Origin: Nitrosopumilus sp.
GTDB lineage: Archaea > Thermoproteota > Nitrososphaeria > Nitrososphaerales > Nitrosopumilaceae
Length of the DNA stretch: 64,000 nt
Direction: 5' to 3'
Assembly (NCBI GenBank): GCA_965249555.1
Contig: OZ252243.1
Location: 1,152,001-1,216,000 of the forward strand
Made by a program: the position numbers and the translations under genes. Positions 40,232-49,992 of the stretch are shown here, one piece after another. Every line of letters begins with the position of its first letter. Position 1 is the stretch's first letter. Under the pieces are notes generated by a model. That model was not told where the DNA came from, did not search any database, and saw only the letters and a list, made by a program, of their open reading frames with translations.

Positions 40232-41227
40232 TTATAACCAGTGAGGAATTTCTAAATATTCCTCAATACTTTCATTTCGTAAAATTTTGAGAAGTGCATT
40301 TGCCTGAGGTGTTGATAATACTGGTTTGTCAAACTGATTGTCTGTAGATATTCTTGGGCATGCTACTTGAATAAAAGCATCAATTCCTTTAAGATTTCTT
40401 AATCTTTCATTTGTAATGTCAGTTAGTGCAAATAACTGAACCTCTTTTCCTTCTTTTTCTAATTCTTTTTTAATTTTCAAAGCAAACACTTTGGATAGTT
40501 GTCCCTCTTTTAGTCCTATAATTACTCCAAATGATTTTGCTTCAGCTGCTTTGTATATTGCAAGAGTAGCTTTCTTTTTTAATTTCTGAGCAAATTCTGT
40601 AATTTCTCTTACTTCATTAAAGTAAGGATCTAAAACATAAGTTGGTAAATTTGTTGATAGAGCAATTCCCGCTGCATGAAAATTACTTTGACCTAAAAAT
40701 ACATAGGCATCAACCTCTTTTTTTAGACTTGATGCAGGATAAAACTCACAACCAAACACTTGACCATCATTCAATTGCCCTTTTCCTTTTCCAATTTTAA
40801 CTTTAATTCCATTCCCTGTTAAAATTTTTTCAACTTTGTCTATTTGATGTAAATGCTGACTATCTGTAACCAATGAAATTATTTTTCCTTTTAAAATACT
40901 TCCACATTTTTTTGCAACACTATCAAATCCTACATCATCAAATGCATCAATTAAAACTAAATTTTTTTCTAGTGATTCAGTATTTATTGTATGTCCAATG
41001 TTAAATTGAATTTCTGCTCCAAGAACTTTTGAACCATTTGAATTCAGATCACAAGTTCCCCATGTTGTATCTGCTAAAACATATGCTGGAATCCCAAATT
41101 TTTTTGTAATATTTATAGCAGTTTCTTGAACTTTAGGTAAAATCCCATCAGGACCGTTTAATGAAACTGATGCTGGATTTTTATCTTCAATTTCTTTGAA
41201 AATTCTCTCTTCATCTATTATTATCAA
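40232..41227 (-). CDS. dph2: Diphthamide biosynthesis protein Dph2
   Basis: WGTCD, GQVFGC and ACPRI Fe-S cysteine motifs. Confidence 0.95.
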   Translation of the reverse strand: MIIIDEERIFKEIEDKNPASVSLNGPDGILPKVQETAINITKKFGIPAYVLADTTWGTCDLNSNGSKVLGAEIQFNIGHTINTESLEKNLVLIDAFDDVGFDSVAKKCGSILKGKIISLVTDSQHLHQIDKVEKILTGNGIKVKIGKGKGQLNDGQVFGCEFYPASSLKKEVDAYVFLGQSNFHAAGIALSTNLPTYVLDPYFNEVREITEFAQKLKKKATLAIYKAAEAKSFGVIIGLKEGQLSKVFALKIKKELEKEGKEVQLFALTDITNERLRNLKGIDAFIQVACPRISTDNQFDKPVLSTPQANALLKILRNESIEEYLEIPHWL

Positions 41228-41309
41228 TTTAGCTTGGAATCTAACTTTATTAATTTAAACCAACTGTACTCTCCAACAACTAAAAATGCCTGAGTTGTTC
41301 AATTGATTT

Positions 41310-42635
41310 ATGGATGAAACTGTTCTCAATATTGGATTTGATGATACTGATTCTCCTAAAGGAATGTGTACCACATTTCTAGCATACAAAATTGTTGATT
41401 TACTTCAAAAACAGGACGCTGAATTTCTTGATTTTCCAAGATTAATTCGATTTAATCCTAATATTCCATGGAAAACTCGTGGTAATGGAGCAGTTTCAAT
41501 CAGAATAAAGACTAAAAATCCTTCTAAGATAAAAAATCAAATTAAAAATCTTGTTTCAAGATACTCTGATGTTAAAAATGGGGCAAATCCTGGTTTAGTA
41601 TTTTTTGAAAGTGATGCAATTCCTACTGAGTTTACTAATTTTAGTAACTTAGCTTTGTGGCAATTAATTAATAGAAACAATGCAAAAAAATTTGCCAAAA
41701 AAAATGATCTTGAATTTTTCTATCAAGGAAATGGTCAAGGACTTGTTGGTGCAATTGGTGCAATAGGGTATGATTTTCAAGATCATACCTTAGAACTTTT
41801 AAGTTATCGTAAAAGAAAAAAATTTGGAAAAGAAAGAAAACTTTCTGCTTCAAGTGTAAAAATTATGCAGGAAAAAACTTTGCCAAATACGTTTAATAGT
41901 TTTGATACAAAAAAAGGACGAATTTTAATTACTCCGCATGGCCCTGATCCTGTATTTTATGGTGTTAGAGGTGAAAATGTAAATTCATTATTGTATGCTA
42001 CAAAAATTCTGAAAAGTGATGAAAAATTAGATGGTTACATGATCTTCAAATCTAATCAAGGAACTGGAGATCATTTGAAAAATGAATTAAATTTTGAAAA
42101 TATGAAACCTTATGCTTCTGGAAAAATCACCGGAATTGTATCAGATACACCAAAAATTGTCAAAGGCGGACATGTCTTTTTTAAAATTTTCTCTCAAAGT
42201 CATGAATTTTGGTGTGCAGTTTACAAACCGACAGGAATCTCATCTGTTGCTCTGAATTTGATTAAAGGAGACAAAATATGTGTCGGTGGAGGAGTTCGAA
42301 AGGCATCTAAAAAATTTCCTCGAATCATTAATCTCGAATTTATTGATATCATTCACCTTGAAAAGAATCTTTCAAAATCTAATCCAATTTGCAAAAAATG
42401 TAACAAAAACATGAAATCCAAAGGTCAGAATCAAGGATTTCAGTGTATTCGATGTGGAAAAAAAGCTTCTAAAAAAATAACTATTGAAATTTCAAGAAAG
42501 ATCAGAAAACAACTGTATATTCCAAAAATGTCTGCACATAGACACCTAACAAGACCTTTGCAACGAATTGGAATTTCTAACAAAATCTCAAAATTTGATA
42601 AATCTCTTTCATGGTTTTGCGTTTATAGAAACTAA
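41310..42635 (+). CDS. tiaS: tRNA(Ile2) agmatinylcytidine synthetase
   Basis: DDTDSPKGMCTT, NPNIPWKTRGNGA, SNQGTGDH, Zn ribbon and RHLTRP. Confidence 0.95.
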   Translation: MDETVLNIGFDDTDSPKGMCTTFLAYKIVDLLQKQDAEFLDFPRLIRFNPNIPWKTRGNGAVSIRIKTKNPSKIKNQIKNLVSRYSDVKNGANPGLVFFESDAIPTEFTNFSNLALWQLINRNNAKKFAKKNDLEFFYQGNGQGLVGAIGAIGYDFQDHTLELLSYRKRKKFGKERKLSASSVKIMQEKTLPNTFNSFDTKKGRILITPHGPDPVFYGVRGENVNSLLYATKILKSDEKLDGYMIFKSNQGTGDHLKNELNFENMKPYASGKITGIVSDTPKIVKGGHVFFKIFSQSHEFWCAVYKPTGISSVALNLIKGDKICVGGGVRKASKKFPRIINLEFIDIIHLEKNLSKSNPICKKCNKNMKSKGQNQGFQCIRCGKKASKKITIEISRKIRKQLYIPKMSAHRHLTRPLQRIGISNKISKFDKSLSWFCVYRN

Positions 42636-42636
42636 G

Positions 42637-42711
42637 TAGCGGGGAGTAGATTTGAACTACTGATTTGCGGGTTATGAGCCCGCCGGGATGACCTGACTTC
42701 CCCACCCCGCT
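42637..42711 (-). tRNA. Initiator tRNA-Met (CAT)
   Basis: AGCGGGG..GCGGG CTCATAA CCCGC..GTTCAAATC..CCCCGCTA; A1-U72 pair and three G-C pairs in the anticodon stem. Confidence 0.97.
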
Positions 42712-42763
42712 GATCGATAAAAGATGATCTGCCGTATATACGCTTATCAAATTCTTACTCTGT

Positions 42764-44063
42764 TAACTATATGTGAATACAAAAAGAAGGAATTCAGATA
42801 GCATAGGAAATGAATCTAATTCCAGGGCTCGTAATCCATCGTCCTCAAAGAAACAGATTAGGGTAAAAAAAGACAAGGGCATGTATATTGGCATTGACTT
42901 GCACAAGAAATTTCTTCAAGTAGCAACAATGGATAATGACGGAAAGATATTACAAAACATAAAAATTGAGAACACTCATGAATCAATCAAGAAACATTTT
43001 ACAGACATACCAATTCATGCCAATATTGTCATGGAGTCATCATCAGTTTGGTATGGCACGTATGGATTTCTTACAGATGAATTGGGATACAAAAACGTAA
43101 ACACTGTCAAACCCATATCTTACAAAAGCAATAGCTGCATCAAAAAAAACAGACAAGATTGATGCCAAGATACTAGCCAGATCTTTTGCGTGGAGGATAC
43201 ATGCTATGTTCCAAACAAAAAAATAGTAAAACATCGTCAACTGGTAAGATACAGAAAAAAACTCATTCAGTGGAGAACCTCTCTCAAAAATTCTGTTCAT
43301 GGAATTTTGTTACAGGAGGGAATCAAGATATCAGGAGTCACGTTCACTGTAACATACAACAGAAAACTCATGTCACTAGGTGACTGTCGCATAGATGGAT
43401 TTGTACGACAGATAGACTATCTTAATCTGCAAATTGCAGAGATTGATTCAAGAGTGTATGCTGCTGTAAAGACCAGTCCTGATGCCATGATAATAAAATC
43501 AATACCCGGAATTGGTGATTACGCATCACTAGTTATCGCATCAGAAATTACAGATATTAACAGATTCAATGACTCTCACAAGTTATGTGCATATGCCGGA
43601 GTCGTACCATCAGTTAGAAACTCTGCAGATTACATCATGGCTGTATAACCAAAAGGGAAAGCATGACACTACGATGGGTTCTTACTCAATGTGTCCATAC
43701 TCATACAATACATGCCAAGAACAGTGACATTACAAAATTTTACAATCGCATTAAAAAGAAGAGAGGCTCATCAAAAGATGTAGTTGCCGCATCATCCCAG
43801 ATCCTGCGAGTGATTTACTGGATGCTAAAAGAGAGAATTTGTACAGAATTACAGTTAGGACTGCAAGTCGCGTTATGATTAGTGAGGGACAAGCCTCGGT
43901 CAATAACTGCGAATAATCCTAACAAAGGGATGAAGATAGCATTGAGGGACAAGCCTAGTATGGATACATGTCCGTCATCTTTTGATTGAAAACCTTCTCT
44001 AGCGAAAGATATGCCTTGGGATGCCAAAAAGTAGGAAATGTATAAAAACAATTCACATGGATA
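42764..44063 (+). mobile_element. IS110-family (IS1111-type) element, copy 1, frameshifted transposase
   Basis: YIGIDLHKK, MESS, KTDKIDA, SIPGIG, YAGVVPSVRNS; subterminal IRs ATGTGAAT/ATTCACAT; about 200-nt 3' non-coding region. Confidence 0.92.
43859..44050 (+). ncRNA. Putative bridge RNA/seekRNA of IS110 copy 1
   Basis: Two hairpins TGAGG-GACAAG-CCT (43883-43896, 43943-43956) inside larger internal loops; second loop carries TATGGATACAT, matching the element's right end. Confidence 0.7.
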
Positions 44064-44282
44064 ATCTTAGGAACACTTCATCAAAGTGTTCAAAGACCGG
44101 AAGGTGATTTGAATAGAAGGCAAAGATTCCAAGATTTGGCATAAAACAAGAGTTTCAAGAGATATTGTGATGAGAATGAAAAGAAAAAATTTACAAGGAG
44201 GTAATCATAAAAATGTGGTATTGTGTCTAATGTAGAAGTATATTAGTCCAAAAAGATAAATAGTTTTTTTAGTTAAAATTGT

Positions 44283-44576
44283 ATGGATAAAGATTCTGTA
44301 TTTAATTTTATTGATAAAATATTAAAAAAAGACAGCATCCAGCCACTTGATTTGTTTTGGGGTAAATATGAGGGAGATGAAGAGGATCTTCTTTGTACTT
44401 TTTTTACCTATTTAATGTCAAATTGTGTTATAAGATATGACTCAAAATCCATGGAATATGGAATGTATAAATTTTCAAAACCAGGTAAAGAAATACTTGA
44501 AAATAAACAAAAACGGGATATTTTTGTTCTGAACTTTTTAAGACTTTATTATTGTGACGAAAATGTCGAATTATAG
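44283..44576 (+). CDS. Hypothetical protein
   Basis: 97-aa ORF. Confidence 0.5.
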   Translation: MDKDSVFNFIDKILKKDSIQPLDLFWGKYEGDEEDLLCTFFTYLMSNCVIRYDSKSMEYGMYKFSKPGKEILENKQKRDIFVLNFLRLYYCDENVEL

Positions 44577-44609
44577 GTAGCCAGGAACAGATAAAATATA
44601 TCTAAAATC

Positions 44610-44702
44610 ATGTTATCACAAAATGAAATTAAGCTAAGATCAGCAAAGTTTTCTGAGGATTGGAAAAGTGCATCTTATGAAAAAGGTGAGACACAGACGT
44701 TC
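44610..44702 (+). pseudogene. N-terminal fragment of MmeI-like type IIL restriction-modification enzyme
   Basis: MLSQNEIKLRSAKFSEDWKSASYEKGETQTF resembles MmeI-family N-termini, then breaks off. Confidence 0.7.
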
Positions 44703-44786
44703 AATTATGATAATACCAAAAAAAAACAGAATAGCCAAATCAGTTAAAGTGTCATATACCGTAGCACTTCATCAAACACTAAAAAA

Positions 44787-45104
44787 TCAAGTGTTCTGAG
44801 GGAGCATCTTAATCCAGCAACTGTCCTTGTCATTTGATAACCAACAAAACTTGTGAAGACTCAAAATATCATTAATCTCTCTCCAAATCGGTTTATCAAT
44901 CCAGCATCTAGGGGCAATCTTGATGGAATCGCCCTCATTGACTATGGTTACTTTATCGATTCTCTTTCCAAGATTATTTACAAAGTTAACTTTAGTTCCT
45001 GACAGTTTGATCAAATCCTGATACTTGTCTTTACCAAGACTCAAATCAATTCCAGCCACTTCAGCAGGAGTATTACCACCAAGCCCCTGATGTGGTTTTA
45101 CAAA
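44787..45104 (-). pseudogene. C-terminal fragment of IS6/IS1-like DDE transposase with extra tail
   Basis: In-frame FVKPHQGLGGNTPAEVAGIDL upstream of the ORF-track start. Confidence 0.7.
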
Positions 45105-45178
45105 TCAAATCTATATTCCTATAATAATAACAATTTCTCAAGTAATGGTTTATTATACTAAGTTTTTAAAATTTATGA

Positions 45179-45622
45179 ATGGAACCATGGAATTTAGGAA
45201 TTTTTACAATCATGGCTGTGATGGTTACAGTAATAGGAATCCTATTAGCTTCACGTTTTGTATATCTAGATAATAGATACAGCAACATAATTCGAACCAA
45301 TGAAATGAAAATACAGGAATTAAATGATGAACGAGATAAGCCCGATTCTGATAATGAAAAAATTATTACAGAACAATTAAGGGTTAGCTTTTCAGTAGGA
45401 GAATACATATCTAAACGTGCAGATAATAGAGGAATTGGAATATGGGTTGATATATTTAGTTTGCTCGGAATCATAATATTGGGAATTATAACAACTTTTG
45501 GTGTTTTTGATGATTCAATAAGATTTACATTACTTGTTACCTTTTCAATGCTGTTATTTTTAGTGCCATTAGTAAATTTCCTTCGACATGTAAGGTATGT
45601 AAATAAATTCAAATCAGATTAG
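45179..45622 (+). CDS. Three-TM membrane protein
   Basis: Three hydrophobic segments. Confidence 0.7.
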   Translation: MEPWNLGIFTIMAVMVTVIGILLASRFVYLDNRYSNIIRTNEMKIQELNDERDKPDSDNEKIITEQLRVSFSVGEYISKRADNRGIGIWVDIFSLLGIIILGIITTFGVFDDSIRFTLLVTFSMLLFLVPLVNFLRHVRYVNKFKSD

Positions 45623-46099
45623 AGAATCTTTTATTCTGCTTTTTGTAGTGTATTTTGGGTATGCATCATAAACCTGCCTTAACAATTCAACGAGTTTCAT
45701 AGTTTGTAAATATCTAATCTTATTATTAATTTTAATTACTTCATCTGTTGTATTGAAGAATATCTTACGCCATTTGATACGTCCTTTAAGTGTGAGAAAA
45801 TACTGTTTGAAGCCTCGATCCTTGTCAATCATCTTTTCATCTAATATTCCATTTGTAACACAATTCTTAATATCCTGAGTTAACTGTTCACTATATGGAC
45901 CAAAACGATGTGGTTTCCAATCCTCATAAAAATTAAAAGATCGATTATAACTTAGGTTTAATTCTGCTAATTCTTTTTGATATTGTTTGAATATTACAAA
46001 ACCATACTTTTGAAATCTTGTAGCACCTTGTATGACATTATCATTAATTATGAACAATACTCGATCTTCTGGATTTAATGTCAATTCATTATCAGTCAT
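45614..46099 (-). CDS. Panacea/SocA (DUF4065)/YwgA-like wHTH protein
   Basis: G.TRFQK..F, FGPYSEQL and VYDAYPKY motifs. Confidence 0.7.
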   Translation of the reverse strand: MTDNELTLNPEDRVLFIINDNVIQGATRFQKYGFVIFKQYQKELAELNLSYNRSFNFYEDWKPHRFGPYSEQLTQDIKNCVTNGILDEKMIDKDRGFKQYFLTLKGRIKWRKIFFNTTDEVIKINNKIRYLQTMKLVELLRQVYDAYPKYTTKSRIKDSLI

Positions 46100-46260
46100 A
46101 GATTTCCCATTGGTTGTGTATTAATACCTCATAATAAGGGGTGCTCTCTCATGTCATTGTATTGCCTGTCTCTTTGTTGAAATCAAGGAAATGACACTAA
46201 AATGGAATAGAGTACAAATTCTTGAAAGTAATTAATAGGATTTGAAAAGCTTATCTCTTT

Positions 46261-47352
46261 GTGGATAAAAAAACTCGAATCATTGCAGTTATTGCTGTTG
46301 TGATATTTTCTGTTTTTGTTTTAACTTCTCCATCAGATCCTATTCCATTACCATTACCCACTTCAAATTCTGAAAGTGCTTCTGTAAGTATTTTAGCTGA
46401 AAACCTTGACAAACCTCGCGCAATTGCTATTTCTGAGGACAGAATTTTTGTTACTGAAAAAGATGGATTCATTAGAGTAATTCAAGACAATAATCTGTTA
46501 GAATCACCATTAGCTGTATTTCGTTCTGCCAATGTGTTTGATGGGGGATTGTTAGGTATTGCGCTTCATCCGGATTTTTCAAACAATCATTACATCTATG
46601 TATTTTTGACATATGAAGAAAATGGAAATTTGTGGAATAAGATTTTGCAAATAACTGAATCTGAAAATAAATTGCAAGATGCTGAAACTATACTTGATAA
46701 AATTCCTGGTTCCACATTTACAAATGGTGGTTTTATAAAATTTGGACCTGATGGAAAACTGTATGTAGGTACTGGAACTGTTTCTGATTCGTCTCATCTT
46801 CCGCAAGACCTTGATTCTTTATCTGGAAAAATTTTAAGACTAAATGATGATGGTACCATTCCAGATGATAATCCATTTTCTGATTCCCCAGTATACTCTT
46901 TAGGACATAGAAATCCTCAAGGAATGACTTGGGATCATAATGGCAACATGTTTGTAGCCGAATTTGGGCCTGAAAAAAATGATGAAATAAATCTAATTCA
47001 AGCAGGAAAAAACTATGGTTGGCCTGAACAACAATGTTCTGGTATTGATAAATATGAAAATGCCATTCTCTGTTATGATCCAAGCATAGAACCAGGCGGT
47101 ATCTTGTTTTATTCTGGAGATAAACTTGATTTTGAATCTTCATTCATAATGGCTTCTATGAGGGCAACTAATCTTTATCAGCTAGATTTTGAAGAGGGAC
47201 TAAGCTCTCAGAAATCTATTCTAAGTGGGATTGGCCGTGTTCGTGATGTAGTACAAGGTCCTGATGGAAGTCTTTATGTAATTACTTCAAATACTGATGG
47301 AAAAGGTTTTCCAGATAGAATGGATGATAAATTATTGAGGATATTAAAATAA
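46261..47352 (+). CDS. PQQ-dependent sugar (glucose/sorbosone) dehydrogenase
   Basis: GLLGIALHPDF, FGPDGKLYV, GHRNPQG and NYGWP motifs. Confidence 0.92.
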   Translation: MDKKTRIIAVIAVVIFSVFVLTSPSDPIPLPLPTSNSESASVSILAENLDKPRAIAISEDRIFVTEKDGFIRVIQDNNLLESPLAVFRSANVFDGGLLGIALHPDFSNNHYIYVFLTYEENGNLWNKILQITESENKLQDAETILDKIPGSTFTNGGFIKFGPDGKLYVGTGTVSDSSHLPQDLDSLSGKILRLNDDGTIPDDNPFSDSPVYSLGHRNPQGMTWDHNGNMFVAEFGPEKNDEINLIQAGKNYGWPEQQCSGIDKYENAILCYDPSIEPGGILFYSGDKLDFESSFIMASMRATNLYQLDFEEGLSSQKSILSGIGRVRDVVQGPDGSLYVITSNTDGKGFPDRMDDKLLRILK

Positions 47353-47353
47353 A

Positions 47354-48616
47354 ATGCCAGACTCGTCAATTTCAAAGTTTTTTGAAAAATCAAGAAAAGA
47401 AAGATTGGGTATTGTTGCAAATTTTTCAAACCTTTCTGATGAAGAATTAGATATTTTGCAAAGCAACAATGGAGGAATTTCATATGATAAAGCAGATAAA
47501 ATGGTGGAAAATGCCATTGGTACATTTTCTCTTCCCTTAGGAATTGCAACAAACTTCAAGATTAACGGTAAAGACTACATAATTCCAATGGTAATTGAGG
47601 AGCCATCTGTAATTGCAGCAGCATCCAAAGGAGCCAAAATTGCACGAATTAAAGGTGGATTTGAAGTTACAGCAGATGAATCTTATAGCATTGGTCAAAT
47701 ACAAGTGTTAGATGTTGATATTCCCTCTGCAATTCAGCAAATCACTAATTCTTCCAATGAAATTCTTCAACTAGCAAATTCCAAAAGCAATACATTATCT
47801 AAAATGAATAAAGGTGCAAAAGAAATCTCTTGTAAAGAAATTGATACGCCCTCCTGCAAAATGCTTATTGTTGAACTCTTAATTGATGTTGGAGATGCGA
47901 TGGGTGCAAATATTACTAATACAATGTGCGAAGCTGTTTCACCATTAATTCAAAAGATTACAGGTGGACGAACATTACTTCGAATATTATCAAACTATTC
48001 GACTAGAAGAATTGCTAAAGCAAAAGCAGTATTTGAAAAAGAAGCTGTTGGAGGAGAAACTGTTGTTGATAATATTATTTTAGCATTTGAATTTGCTGAT
48101 AATGATGTCTACCGAGCAGTGACTCACAACAAAGGTATCATGAATGGAACCATATCTGTGGCAAATGCAACTGGTCAAGATAGTAGAGCCATTGAAGCTG
48201 CAGCAAATGCTTATGCTGCAAAATCTGGCAGATATCGATCTCTTAGTAAATGGAGTAAAGATGGTGATGGTAATTTAGTTGGAACCTTGGAAATTCCATT
48301 ATCCGTTGGAATTGTAGGTGGAATTGCAAATGTTCATCCAGTTGCCAAAGTTTGCACAAAGATTCTTGGAGTTTTATCAGCACAAGAGCTTGCATGTGTA
48401 ATGACTGCTACTGGTTTAGCTCAAAATTACAGTGCCATCCGAGCTCTTGCTACTGAAGGAATTCAAAAAGGACACATGCGTCTGCATGCAAGAAATCTTG
48501 CTGCAGCAGCAGGAGCTACATCTGAGCAGATAGATGAAATTGTTCAAAAAATGATTGAAGAAAAGAAAATTTCACTTGATAGAGCTAAAGAGTTATTGTC
48601 AAAGATGAATAATTAA
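47354..48616 (+). CDS. hmgA: Class II HMG-CoA reductase
   Basis: EEPSVIAAAS, DAMGAN, RILSN, THNKGIMNG and GIQKGHM motifs. Confidence 0.95.
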   Translation: MPDSSISKFFEKSRKERLGIVANFSNLSDEELDILQSNNGGISYDKADKMVENAIGTFSLPLGIATNFKINGKDYIIPMVIEEPSVIAAASKGAKIARIKGGFEVTADESYSIGQIQVLDVDIPSAIQQITNSSNEILQLANSKSNTLSKMNKGAKEISCKEIDTPSCKMLIVELLIDVGDAMGANITNTMCEAVSPLIQKITGGRTLLRILSNYSTRRIAKAKAVFEKEAVGGETVVDNIILAFEFADNDVYRAVTHNKGIMNGTISVANATGQDSRAIEAAANAYAAKSGRYRSLSKWSKDGDGNLVGTLEIPLSVGIVGGIANVHPVAKVCTKILGVLSAQELACVMTATGLAQNYSAIRALATEGIQKGHMRLHARNLAAAAGATSEQIDEIVQKMIEEKKISLDRAKELLSKMNN

Positions 48617-48806
48617 AATTCTTTAATTGTTTTTAATAATAACTTATCTTTCCAAATTACATGTTCCGGATAACAATTTAACATAAAACCATTTGAAATG
48701 AGATAAAATTCCCAATTTTCACATTTATCATCAAATTCATATGGATGTGTATTTTCATTTTCCCAATTAAATCCATTTATAATATCTGAATTGGGGTAAC
48801 CATGGT
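48613..48806 (-). pseudogene. Truncated hypothetical gene (C-terminal part)
   Basis: Coding-like tail whose 5' end is replaced by the 51-bp repeat. Confidence 0.5.
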
Positions 48807-48857
48807 TCCCCAAGTTTACAGAATTTTGAGAGAAAATGAAATGTCCCTAAGAATTTA
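48807..48857 (+). repeat. 51-bp dispersed repeat, copy 2
   Basis: TCCCCAAGTTTACAGAATTTTGAGAGAAAATGAAATGTCCCTAAGAATTTA. Confidence 0.85.
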
Positions 48858-49014
48858 GTGTAATCTTTTATTAAATTTGGCTCAGATGTAAAATAGGATA
48901 TAGAGATTACAGCTCCAATCATTGTCACACTTATTGTTAGGATTTTTGTAAACTTTACGCTAGAAATTTTAAAGTTAAATTGAGGCTTTTATACAGTACT
49001 CTTGGTATCCATAA

Positions 49015-49992
49015 ATGTCTCAAGTACGATTTGCAATTCCTAAAGGAAGTCTAGAGGATGCTACTTTCAAATTATTAGAAAAATCTTGGACCAAAGTTAC
49101 CCGAAAAAGTAGAACCTATCGAGTTTACCTTGATGATCCAAATATTATTGTCAAGATGCTTCGTCCTCAAGAGATTCCAACTTTAGTTGCAGAAGGATTG
49201 TATGATGTAGGTATCACTGGTAAAGATTGGGTAGGTGAAACAAATTCTGATGTTGAACCCATTTTAGATTTAGAGTATGGTAAAATTAGACTAGTGATAG
49301 CTTTTCCAGATAAATATAGTTACAAAAATCTTGATGAAATGATTGCAGATTATGGAAAAAAGAAAAAAACACTTCGTATATCTTCAGAATATCTTACTAC
49401 TGCCTCCAAATTTCTAAAACAATCAAAGTCTTACAAAAAATATTATGGTTCCAAAGATCCTCTAATTGTAACTCCGTGGGTTCGACTAGGAACTAACAAA
49501 AATGTCCAAATTCACTTATCATTTGGCGCAACTGAGGCAAAACCTCCTGAGGATGTAGATGCAATAATGGATGTTACTGAAACTGGCACAACTCTAAAAC
49601 AAAATAAATTAAAAATTGTTGATGAGGTGCTTACATCTACTGCACACTTGATTGTAAACAAGAAATCACTAAAGGATCCAAAAAAACGTGAAAAGATATT
49701 TGATATTGTAACTCTTATGAGAGGAGCTGTTTATGGTAAGAAATACCTACACATTTACCTAAATGTCGAAGAGAAAAATCTAAAAAAACTTCTAACACAG
49801 ATGCCATCTCTCAAAAAACCAACTATTAGTCCACTTAGTGAGAAAGGATGGTATGGAATAAACACAGTCATCAAAAAAGATGAATTTTACAAACTTATTC
49901 CAAAACTAAGGAAGATTGCTCAAGGTCTTGTAGTTCATGAACCGCGACAAATACTAGATCTTGAGGAGATTAAACGTGACGAAGAAAATTGA
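49015..49992 (+). CDS. hisG: ATP phosphoribosyltransferase (long form)
   Basis: AIPKGSL, DVGITGKD, GATEA and DVTETGTTL motifs. Confidence 0.95.
   Translation: MSQVRFAIPKGSLEDATFKLLEKSWTKVTRKSRTYRVYLDDPNIIVKMLRPQEIPTLVAEGLYDVGITGKDWVGETNSDVEPILDLEYGKIRLVIAFPDKYSYKNLDEMIADYGKKKKTLRISSEYLTTASKFLKQSKSYKKYYGSKDPLIVTPWVRLGTNKNVQIHLSFGATEAKPPEDVDAIMDVTETGTTLKQNKLKIVDEVLTSTAHLIVNKKSLKDPKKREKIFDIVTLMRGAVYGKKYLHIYLNVEEKNLKKLLTQMPSLKKPTISPLSEKGWYGINTVIKKDEFYKLIPKLRKIAQGLVVHEPRQILDLEEIKRDEEN

Noticed and set aside
43815-44051. Paralogous short ORFs at 43815-44051 and 61482-61718
   Set aside because: Antisense to the IS110 non-coding end; the similarity reflects the repeated element
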